Positions 53,365-61,576 of a stretch of 64,000 bases of DNA are shown here, in pieces. A program made the position numbers and the translations under genes. The notes below the pieces were generated by a model. The model did not search any database. It saw nothing but the letters and a program-made list of their open reading frames with translations, and was not told the DNA's origin. This stretch comes from an uncultured Lachnospiraceae bacterium. GTDB lineage: Bacteria; Bacillota; Clostridia; Lachnospirales; Lachnospiraceae. The stretch is from assembly GCA_910587095.1 (NCBI GenBank), contig CAJUMJ010000041.1, forward strand, positions 30,028 to 94,027, written 5' to 3'. Numbering within the stretch: the first letter of the stretch is position 1; each line of letters starts with the position of its first letter.

Positions 53365-54546
53365 CTATTTTTTGATTCCCTTTGCACCGGAAAGATTCGC
53401 ATTGCGCAAAATGTTACTTTCAAAAGAGGTGAGCATGCCCTGTTCCTCCCTCTGTCTCTTGAGCGCCAACTTAACCATATCATCAAGCAGCACGGCGTAA
53501 GGTTTTCCAAGCGCCTCCCACAGATAAAAGGCAAGCGAACCGGGAATGGGATTGATCTCGTTCACATACACCTGATCCGTGTCCTTGTCAATCATGAAAT
53601 CAATTCTTGACACACCGCTGCAACCAAGAGTCTGGAACGTTTTGACCGCCATCTGGCGAATCTCATCCCGCTTTTCATCCGGCAGCTTCGCCGGCAGTTC
53701 TCTCCTCGCGGTTCTCATTCCCTCAGAACCGCCTTTACCGCCCGCCACATATTTATCCTCATAGCTCAAAATCTCATCGCTGGAAATCGGCTCCTCACAC
53801 TCGGAAGGAAACGCCTCCTCATAATCTCCGAGAACCGCGCAATTGATCTCCCGAAGATTCACGATCGCGCGCTCCACAAGCACTTTTGGCCCAAAGGTGA
53901 AAGCATACTCCAGAGCCTCACGAAGCTCTTCCCTGTTTTTGGCTACTTTGATCCCTACACTGGAGCCTAAATTGACAGGCTTTACAATAACCGGATAGGA
54001 GATTTTCTCCTCCACCTTCGCAAACGCGCACTCCTCGCCGCCCTGATATTCCTTCCCGTACAGCGTCACGCAATCGAGCACGGGAATCCCGTTATCCTTA
54101 AGCACCGTTTTCATCACATACTTATCCATCGTCACCGCGGACGCCGTCACATCACAACCTGCAATGGGAATATTGTAGTGTCGGAGAAATCCCTGCAGCG
54201 AACCGTCCTCCACGTTGGCGCCATGCACCACGGGAAAGGCCACGTCAATCTGCGCCGCCTCGGAGTTCCCAAACTTCTTTTCAGGATACTGGATCAGCTT
54301 TACGCCGTTTTGTTCACACATCATAAAAACCCGTGTACTCTTTTTCAGCAATTCCGGAATATTTTTATAATTGGCAATGTCCGCAATAAGCTCCCCTGTA
54401 TAGAGTTCGTTCTCTTTGGTGATATAAATTGGAACCGGCTCATATTTCTCCCTGTCAAACGCATTGTACGCCTGCAGGCCGGAGATAACGGATACCTCAT
54501 GTTCCACGCTCCTGCCGCCGAAAAAAACACCTACTCGAATTTTCAT
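53365..54546 (-). CDS. ddl: D-alanine--D-alanine ligase
   Basis: Pattern VFFGGRSVEHEVSVISG with an ATP-grasp layout, adjacent to the murF-like gene. Confidence 0.85.
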   Translation of the reverse strand: MKIRVGVFFGGRSVEHEVSVISGLQAYNAFDREKYEPVPIYITKENELYTGELIADIANYKNIPELLKKSTRVFMMCEQNGVKLIQYPEKKFGNSEAAQIDVAFPVVHGANVEDGSLQGFLRHYNIPIAGCDVTASAVTMDKYVMKTVLKDNGIPVLDCVTLYGKEYQGGEECAFAKVEEKISYPVIVKPVNLGSSVGIKVAKNREELREALEYAFTFGPKVLVERAIVNLREINCAVLGDYEEAFPSECEEPISSDEILSYEDKYVAGGKGGSEGMRTARRELPAKLPDEKRDEIRQMAVKTFQTLGCSGVSRIDFMIDKDTDQVYVNEINPIPGSLAFYLWEALGKPYAVLLDDMVKLALKRQREEQGMLTSFESNILRNANLSGAKGIKK

Positions 54547-54745
54547 GATACCCTCTTTTCCGAAGCGTTTATCTCAAGATGCGGGCAAAGTGCCAATTCC
54601 GCTCCGCATCTTGGCAGCCCTGCGACGCCTCCGCGCAAAGCCGCGCTTAAATATCGGTTTATCGGTTTCATTTTTTCATCCGCGCTCCCGCGCATAATCC
54701 GCAAAGGCTCGGATGCCGCCGCAAAATACGTCTCGTGCTCTGTGC

Positions 54746-56377
54746 TCACGCATAATTGTCAGGCAGATCGTTCTCTATCAAAATCACTTTTTGTTTCTCT
54801 CCCGGAATCGCATTCACCATCCGAAACGCCTCCTGAAGATCGTCCACAAGAATCATTTTGTTCCGTGCAAACCCCGCCTCCAAAAGACCGTCCTGAATCG
54901 GTTTCGTCTGCTCCTTCCCAACAAGCACAGCGTAATCGCACTTATCGGCTGCATAGACGCCAACCTCTTTATTTTCATCGTACTGCTTCTCTCCCAATTC
55001 CACCATTCCCGGCGTCATCAGAATTCGGAGTTCCCTGAACATGGACAACGTGTCGAGCGCGGCCTCAAAACCGCTTTTGTTGGAGTTATACGCATCATCC
55101 AGTATAATCCTGTCTCCCTGCCTGATCAACTGCAACCTGTGAGGCACGCTCTCCAACTGCCGCACAGGATAGAGCAGCTTCTCCATTGGAATCCCCAACG
55201 TGTGAGCCACCGCGATAGCACCCGCAATATCCTGTACATTGTGGCTGCCCACCAGCTTCGTGTGGAAATCGTGCACCTTTCCGTTTTCATCCTTCATCCT
55301 AAAGGAGGAACCCTGCGCGGAAACCTCGATATCATAAGCCAGAAAATCTACGTTCTCCCCTGTCGTTCCATAGCTTACCACCGGCTTGTTTATCTTATGT
55401 TCCCTGATGTACGGATTGTCATAGTCCAAAAATACTTTTCCCGTCCCTGGCAGCGCATCCGCCAGCTCAAACTTTGTTGCTATAATATTCTCTATCGTGT
55501 GAAAACTCTGTAAATGCTGCGGCCCGATCGAGGTGATAATGCCGTAATCAGGGTGCACCAGATCACAAATTTCCTTGATATCCCCCACCTGTCTTGCTCC
55601 CATCTCACAGATAAAAATCTCATGAAAGGGTTTCATATGCTCCCGGATCGTCCGTACCACTCCAAGCGTCGTATTAAAGTTTCCCGGCGTACACAGCACA
55701 TTATACTGCGCTGACAACAACGTGTGCAGAAAATATTTCACACTGGTTTTGCCGTAGCTGCCCGTCACTCCAATAACTTTTAATTCAGGCATTTCCCGCA
55801 AGATACGCGCCGCATCGTCGATATAGCGACGGTTAATCCCCTGCTCTATCGGATGGTTGATCCGATTCGCAAGCAGAACCAGAAACGGCTGCAGAATAAA
55901 CATAAGGAGCAAAATAAACTCCACATTCCGGAAAACCGGATACGCCGGCTCCGCCATCACACCCGGCAACGTCAAAACCGTCCCCCCCGCTGCCATCATC
56001 CATATTCCCGGCAATAAAACGAAGGCCAGAATAAGCAGATACAAAATTCCGGTAGTGATCAGCATCCTCCTGACGCGGGGCGTATACACCAGCGGTTTTT
56101 TGGCTTTGCGAGGTTTGTTGACCCAAATAGTCATCCCGTTCATGACGCAGGCCGCCACAAAGCATCCCATATTTCCCACAATCACAAGAGGAAGGGAAAC
56201 CACCGCATACAGACTCTTTCCGAGAAGACGCCCCACATTGACATGTAAGCCCATCCACTCCCTGTATTCCCGCGGTTTATAAGAGTTTTGCTGAAACATA
56301 TGAATCAAATATAAAATATACCAGACTGCGCCTGCCAGATAAGTGACAAGCCATACGGCAAAGATTAAAATTTCCAT
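54746..56377 (-). CDS. murF: MurF-like Mur ligase with a polytopic membrane N-terminal region
   Basis: GVTGSYGKTS P-loop plus central and C-terminal Mur-ligase domains. The first ~170 aa are 4-5 hydrophobic helices. Confidence 0.7.
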   Translation of the reverse strand: MEILIFAVWLVTYLAGAVWYILYLIHMFQQNSYKPREYREWMGLHVNVGRLLGKSLYAVVSLPLVIVGNMGCFVAACVMNGMTIWVNKPRKAKKPLVYTPRVRRMLITTGILYLLILAFVLLPGIWMMAAGGTVLTLPGVMAEPAYPVFRNVEFILLLMFILQPFLVLLANRINHPIEQGINRRYIDDAARILREMPELKVIGVTGSYGKTSVKYFLHTLLSAQYNVLCTPGNFNTTLGVVRTIREHMKPFHEIFICEMGARQVGDIKEICDLVHPDYGIITSIGPQHLQSFHTIENIIATKFELADALPGTGKVFLDYDNPYIREHKINKPVVSYGTTGENVDFLAYDIEVSAQGSSFRMKDENGKVHDFHTKLVGSHNVQDIAGAIAVAHTLGIPMEKLLYPVRQLESVPHRLQLIRQGDRIILDDAYNSNKSGFEAALDTLSMFRELRILMTPGMVELGEKQYDENKEVGVYAADKCDYAVLVGKEQTKPIQDGLLEAGFARNKMILVDDLQEAFRMVNAIPGEKQKVILIENDLPDNYA

Positions 56378-56473
56378 CCCTGTCTGCGATTCCTCTCCCT
56401 CTCTAAGCTCAAATGCTCCTCTTCGTACACGGCGAGGACATATTCATTCCTCCCGCCTTAAAGGAAAACCCTG

Positions 56474-57238
56474 TCAGCCGAAAAAAGCTTCCAGTGCGCC
56501 GTTTACTTTCGCCGGCTGTTGTGCAAAGGAGAAATGACCCGCTCCCTCGCACACCACCAGACCTGCATCCGCAATCAGCTCCTCCATCCTTCTCGCATCC
56601 TCGATAGGCGTAGCCGTATCCAGATCGCCCCAAATCAGAAGGGTCGGACATTTTACCAGATGGATCAGCGGCTCCAAATCCTCGTTGACCACTTTCACCA
56701 GAGTCGTCCTCATCAGAGGCGTCGCATTGTTGTAATCGGAGGAACCGCGCCTTCTCCGCATATCCTCCACCGCGTCGGGGTAGAGAAAGTGCATGACCTT
56801 CGTGCTCATAAATGCCCGGCCAAACTTGTAACATCTAAGACTCACCTTCTGGCGGAGGGTTTTCTTCGGCAAAATCCCCGCGCTGTCTATCAGCACGGCG
56901 CGGTCTATGGCAAAAGGCAGATTTTCTCTCGCATTGATTTTAAAGAACACTCTGCCGCCGAAGGAATGCACCACTACACTCAGCCTCTCTATCCGAAAGG
57001 AGGCGATAAACTCCAGGACAAAATCCGCGTAATCATCCACACACCAGGGCGCAGGCGGTTCCGGCGTCTTTCCAAAGCCGGGCATATCCAGAGCAATCAC
57101 CCTCCTGCTCTTCTTCAAAGAGTCGATAACGCTTCGGTAGAGGGTAATATTGGCTCCCCAACCGTGCAGCAGAAGTACAATCTCTCCTTCGCCCTCGTCT
57201 ATATAATTCACAGAAATTCCGTTTATTTTTCTGACCAT
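56474..57238 (-). CDS. Alpha/beta-fold hydrolase
   Basis: LLHGWG oxyanion region, HSFGG nucleophile elbow and a C-terminal GAGH motif. Confidence 0.8.
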   Translation of the reverse strand: MVRKINGISVNYIDEGEGEIVLLLHGWGANITLYRSVIDSLKKSRRVIALDMPGFGKTPEPPAPWCVDDYADFVLEFIASFRIERLSVVVHSFGGRVFFKINARENLPFAIDRAVLIDSAGILPKKTLRQKVSLRCYKFGRAFMSTKVMHFLYPDAVEDMRRRRGSSDYNNATPLMRTTLVKVVNEDLEPLIHLVKCPTLLIWGDLDTATPIEDARRMEELIADAGLVVCEGAGHFSFAQQPAKVNGALEAFFG

Positions 57239-57428
57239 AAATTATTCCGATCTTTCATAATAAAAGCAGTCTATACCCTATTTATACGTATGTTTACGTT
57301 CTTATAAATATGTTTTCGCGCCGCCTCTAACAATACGTACTATTGTATTGTACTTTATTCCCTCCGTTCTATCAACTGAAAAATAACCGGCGGCGGCGCG
57401 GCCGTCCCTTATCCTAAACTATACCCAA

Positions 57429-57530
57429 TTAATCCGCCATATAATCCGCATAATCCGTTTCACTGGCAAATAACATGTACTCTCCGTTTACATATCCCAT
57501 ATAACCGCTTTCCACTGCATATCCCTTCAT
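57429..57530 (-). CDS. Small ORF, 33 aa (MKGYAVESGYMGYVNGEYMLFASETDYADYMAD)
   Basis: It is below the ORF-track cutoff. A strong RBS (GGAGTAGGAGAA) sits 2-3 nt before the ATG. A plausible TTCAAA-N18-TATAAA promoter lies upstream, and the terminator of the preceding gene lies just upstream of that. Confidence 0.45.
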   Translation of the reverse strand: MKGYAVESGYMGYVNGEYMLFASETDYADYMAD

Positions 57531-57631
57531 ATTCTCCTACTCCTTTCCCGTCCTTTTCTTTCCGAACCTGTGTTCTAGTAAGAGAATATCATTTATAGAG
57601 TCCATTATTTGGGACTTTGAAAATTATTCCG

Positions 57632-57666
57632 AAAAAAACCGGATGGAGAAAATTTTCTCCTCCGGC
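57632..57666 (-). terminator. Rho-independent terminator after the 171-aa gene
   Basis: On the minus strand: CCGGAGGAGAA-AATT-TTCTCCATCCGG followed by T7. Confidence 0.65.
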
Positions 57667-57672
57667 TCATTT

Positions 57673-58188
57673 TCACACCGAAACCGAAACACTCGCCTCC
57701 GGTTTCTCCTCTTCCACCTTTCCGGCGCTGGAATAAAACACAGGTTCCAGATCCGCTTTCGGTTTTAGGGGCGCTGCGGCATCCGTCTCCGTCTCCATGC
57801 TTTCCGCTTCCGCATTCTCTTTTAAGAGAACCTTTCCGTCCTCGCTGATCTCAACGGTATCCACAATCTTATCGCCCTTATTTTCTTTTCTCTCCTCCTC
57901 CAGCTTCTTCTCCTGCTCCTCGCGTTCTTCCCTGCGATTCCGGATCGTCTCTTCAAGCTGCTCCCGGGTGATCTCACGGGTTTCCTCCGCGTCCTCTTTC
58001 ATTCCCTCGTCGGCTTCCTTTTTGTACTCGTACGCATCTTCATGGAAATCTCCCATGTAACCCATCGCCCGCTCCATCATCGCGGTGTCGCCCTTTCTCC
58101 TCGCTTCCTTAAAAACCCGGAACGGGGTATTGAGCATTTCCATGTTTGTTCTCGCCCCAATCAATCCTTCCATTGTCTTTGTATGCAT
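57673..58188 (-). CDS. Hypothetical acidic, E/K-rich protein
   Basis: 171 aa. Good RBS (AAGGAGGAG). No recognisable domain. Confidence 0.5.
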   Translation of the reverse strand: MHTKTMEGLIGARTNMEMLNTPFRVFKEARRKGDTAMMERAMGYMGDFHEDAYEYKKEADEGMKEDAEETREITREQLEETIRNRREEREEQEKKLEEERKENKGDKIVDTVEISEDGKVLLKENAEAESMETETDAAAPLKPKADLEPVFYSSAGKVEEEKPEASVSVSV

Positions 58189-58339
58189 AAACCGCTCCTC
58201 CTTTTCCGAAACATTCCGCAGGACAAGCGCTGTTTTGCCTGCAATCGGGCAGAGACGATTCTCGCCCTGCCCGGCGTGCGCCTACTGCCATGTCCGCCCT
58301 TTCGTCTGCTTTTTGTTTCGTCAACAAGTATCCTTCTGC

Positions 58340-59515
58340 TTAGCATCTTGTATCAAACAGCCCGGCTGCTGTCATGTATGGCATCTCCATCGGAATCAAA
58401 ACCGAAATCGTATAGACTCCGCTCTGTATTTCCGTATGCATGGCGCCATTATATCTGCGTACCACGTCGCCCACATTTAGAAGGCCGATTCCGTGGCTCT
58501 TCCTGTCCGCCGTCTGCAAAGAACCGCGCCGCCGCTCCGTTGTTCCCGTACTGTTTTTTACCTCCAAATAAAAGCATTTTTTGACCGCTCCTGCCTGAAT
58601 GCGGACAAACGGCCGCACATGTTCCCCCTTCTCTCCATCTTCTAACCTCCCGCAGGCCTCCACCGCGTTATCCAGAATATTTCCGAAAAGGACACACAGG
58701 TCAAATTCATGGATGCCACACTGTTTTGGCACTTTCACGTCGCAGTCCCACACAAAGCCTTTTTCCTCCGTCATCCTCCGCTTCCGATATAAGAGCACAT
58801 CCACCACACGACTTCCCGTCGCTTCCTCAAACGCGCCCAGCTCAGCGCCGTTCCCCATCTTCCGCAGATAATTTCCCAGCTTTTCCCACTCCTTATCCTC
58901 CCACAGTCCCGTCATGGCAATCACATGATTTTTCAGGTCATGCCGCAGTCTCTCAGCCTGCCGGTACTGCTCCTCCTGCATTTTATAGACCGCAACCTGC
59001 GCGTGATACTGACTGTTCTTTTCCTGCTCCAGATAAATGCGGTTCATGCCAGACAGATACGCCCATAACGCAAACATGGATAAGGCCGTCAGGATGCAAA
59101 ATCCCACATGGCTGAAAATCTGGTCGTAATACAAGCCCATATTTCCGCCGCTCCTCACCATTACACCATGACTCGCTCCCCAATTCGCCACAAACATGAC
59201 AACCGCAATCACAATCTGAGGAATCGTAAGGACAATATACCATTTTGCGCTCTTCCCTTGAAATACGGACGTAAGTCTTTTTCCCATCACCCATACAAGA
59301 GTTGCCGCACAGGCATAGCTCAGCAGGACAATCCAGTCGCACTCTCTTTCTCCCACAACCGGAGCCTCAATATGCCCTGCCGTATACATCCAGGCTAACA
59401 GCAGGCAGGAATAGAGAGAGTCGAAAAATATTTCCACCAGCAGCAAACCCGTCAACGCCGTAATAAATATGGATACAGCCCGTATCCCATTCCCCGTTTC
59501 ATCTCCAAGCCGCAT
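58340..59515 (-). CDS. Polytopic GHKL sensor kinase of the AgrC/LytTR-partner type
   Basis: About 6 N-terminal TM helices. The C-terminal ATPase has NILDNA and GHGIGLLNV motifs. It overlaps the RR gene by 17 nt. Confidence 0.75.
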   Translation of the reverse strand: MRLGDETGNGIRAVSIFITALTGLLLVEIFFDSLYSCLLLAWMYTAGHIEAPVVGERECDWIVLLSYACAATLVWVMGKRLTSVFQGKSAKWYIVLTIPQIVIAVVMFVANWGASHGVMVRSGGNMGLYYDQIFSHVGFCILTALSMFALWAYLSGMNRIYLEQEKNSQYHAQVAVYKMQEEQYRQAERLRHDLKNHVIAMTGLWEDKEWEKLGNYLRKMGNGAELGAFEEATGSRVVDVLLYRKRRMTEEKGFVWDCDVKVPKQCGIHEFDLCVLFGNILDNAVEACGRLEDGEKGEHVRPFVRIQAGAVKKCFYLEVKNSTGTTERRRGSLQTADRKSHGIGLLNVGDVVRRYNGAMHTEIQSGVYTISVLIPMEMPYMTAAGLFDTRC

Positions 59516-60230
59516 CCCATAATCCCCCGTTTCCCCTCATAAAAGCAAGCATTTCCTGACAGAACTCATTGTACCTTCTTTTTGCAATCACAATCCGCTC
59601 CCCGTTTTCCATAACCGCCTCCTGCCTGTTGTATCCGTCCACATATTTCAGATTAATGAGATAGCTTTTGTGGCACCTGAAAAATCCTTTTCCCTCCAGC
59701 TCCCTTTCCAGCGAGCCAATCTGCCCATAATAACTGAAAACACCGCTAATTCCATGAACGTCTATCATTCTGCCCCTGATCTCAAAATAGAAAATATCAT
59801 CCAGAAACAGTTTCCGCTTTTCTCTCTCCTTGCTGACAATGATAAACTCCTGTGAACGACTCTCTATCTTATACACCGCTTTTTCCAAAACCCGCCTCAA
59901 TTTCCTTTCGTCGACCGGCTTCAGAAGATACTGAAACGCCTCCACCTCGTAGGCATCAAACACATATTCGCGGCTTGCGGATATAAAGACAAGCAGTTTG
60001 TCATAAGCCTTTTCCCTGACAATCTGCGCTGTCCTCATCCCATCTATGTCACGCATGATGATATCCAGAAAAATAATATCAAACGTTTCCTCCGACTCAA
60101 GCAACTCCCTGCCGCTGTAGAACTGCCGGATGGCGGAAGGTACTTTCATTTCCGTCAAAATACTCCTGATTTTCCCTGCTATCCGGCTGCATTCCATAGC
60201 CTCGTCATCGCATACCGCAATCCACAACAT
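59499..60230 (-). CDS. LytR/AlgR-family response regulator (receiver plus LytTR DNA-binding domain)
   Basis: Receiver motifs (CDDE, LDI) and a C-terminal LytTR pattern (FFRCHKSYLINLKYV). Confidence 0.9.
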   Translation of the reverse strand: MLWIAVCDDEAMECSRIAGKIRSILTEMKVPSAIRQFYSGRELLESEETFDIIFLDIIMRDIDGMRTAQIVREKAYDKLLVFISASREYVFDAYEVEAFQYLLKPVDERKLRRVLEKAVYKIESRSQEFIIVSKEREKRKLFLDDIFYFEIRGRMIDVHGISGVFSYYGQIGSLERELEGKGFFRCHKSYLINLKYVDGYNRQEAVMENGERIVIAKRRYNEFCQEMLAFMRGNGGLWDAAWR

Positions 60231-60481
60231 TTTGTTTTCTCTCCATTCGCGCTTGTGTTCCTGCTTCTTTCACTCAAAAATCCAGCCGCTTCGCGTCTGC
60301 CGCGCTTCGCGCTTCCTGATTTTTTCGTTATCATATCAGGTGAACACAAATGCTCTCTTCGTTCGCGCTTGTGTTCCTGCTGATATGATATATATCGACA
60401 GGAATGTTTTTTGTATTTTTTTCATGTCATAAGCGGTTTTTTTTGTGTAACGACCGCATTTCAAAGCGATTCCTCAAAGGA

Positions 60482-60541
60482 CAAAAAATCCGCTTCCGAC
60501 ATAACAAGTCTTTTCCTCTAGTTATGTCAAAACCGGATTTC
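60482..60541 (-). terminator. Compound-hairpin terminator candidate after the kinase gene
   Basis: On the minus strand: AATCCGG...GACATAAC-N16-GTTATGTC...CGGATT followed by TTTTTG. Confidence 0.5.
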
Positions 60542-60579
60542 CTTTCTCTTTCATTAACTGAGCGCTGTAACCGCTTTGT

Positions 60580-61527
60580 CTATACCAGTTTCCCGCCGGT
60601 GCCCTCTTTTTCAATCTTCCGATAAAGTGCCCTGATCTCCTCCCCCGAAGCCAATCCCTCCGTGAAAGCCGTCGCGCTCCCGGCAGCCATGCCCATGCAA
60701 AAGGCGTAGCGGTAGTCCTGTCTTTCCAACCATCCGGCCATAAATCCGGCAGCCATGGAATCCCCCGCACCGACGCCGTTTACAAGCTTTCCCTCCGGCG
60801 CGGGCGCCTCGTAGACGCTGCCGTCCTCTGCAAGAAGCGCCGCCCCCTCGCCTGCCATGGACACCAACACATTGCGCGCCCCCATCTCCTGCAATTTTCG
60901 CGCATAAGGAATCACGGACGCTCTGTCGGCTAGTGTCACATGGAAAATTTCACTCAGTTCATGATGATTGGGTTTAATCAGAAACGGACGCAAGGGCAGA
61001 GCTTTCACAAGACCTTCTCCCGATACATCCACCACAGTCATTACTCCCTCCGCAAGCCTTTCCATCATACGCAGATACGTATCCTCCGGCAAGGCTGACG
61101 GGATGCTGCCGGACAAAAACAGGACATCGCCCGCCGCAAGCTCCGAAAGCCTTCCCATCAACTGCTCCAGTTTTTCTTCCGGAATATCCGGTCCCAGGCC
61201 GTTCACCTCCGTGCCCTCCACCGACTGCAGTTTGAAGTTGATCCGGGTAAGCCCTTTTTCAAGTCGGATCAGGCCATTTCCTATTCCCCGCTCCGTAAGC
61301 TGCCTGACAGCCTCCTGTCCGGTAAAGCCGGCCACAAAGCCGAGAGCCGTACTGTCATATCCCATATTTCTGAACACCGTGGAGACATTGATTCCCTTGC
61401 CGCCCACGCACATATATTCCGAGACGGTACGGTTGGTATATCCCAACCTGAAGTGATCCACCGTCACGCTGTAATCCAGAGACGGGTTTAAGGTTACGGT
61501 AAAAATTTTCCCTTTTTCTCTTATCAT
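60580..61527 (-). CDS. 1-phosphofructokinase-family (PfkB) sugar kinase
   Basis: TLNPSLDY, GKGINVS and GAGDSMAAGF motifs. Start set at MIREKG so that the gene does not overlap mfd. Confidence 0.8.
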   Translation of the reverse strand: MIREKGKIFTVTLNPSLDYSVTVDHFRLGYTNRTVSEYMCVGGKGINVSTVFRNMGYDSTALGFVAGFTGQEAVRQLTERGIGNGLIRLEKGLTRINFKLQSVEGTEVNGLGPDIPEEKLEQLMGRLSELAAGDVLFLSGSIPSALPEDTYLRMMERLAEGVMTVVDVSGEGLVKALPLRPFLIKPNHHELSEIFHVTLADRASVIPYARKLQEMGARNVLVSMAGEGAALLAEDGSVYEAPAPEGKLVNGVGAGDSMAAGFMAGWLERQDYRYAFCMGMAAGSATAFTEGLASGEEIRALYRKIEKEGTGGKLV

Positions 61528-61576
61528 ATCCAATATCCTTTCAGAACAGAGCCGCGCATACAGGTTCGCATTGTCA

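Noticed and set aside
53365-54546. Vancomycin-resistance-type D-Ala-D-Lac/D-Ser ligase
   Set aside because: There are no vanH/vanX/vanR/vanS-like neighbours. The gene is paired with a MurF-like ligase, as is typical for housekeeping ddl. Substrate specificity cannot be judged by eye.
57429-60230. Complete Agr-type quorum-sensing locus
   Set aside because: Only the kinase and the LytTR regulator are present. There is no AgrB-like membrane protease, and the 33-aa ORF lacks the Cys/Ser and amphipathic leader expected of an AgrD precursor.
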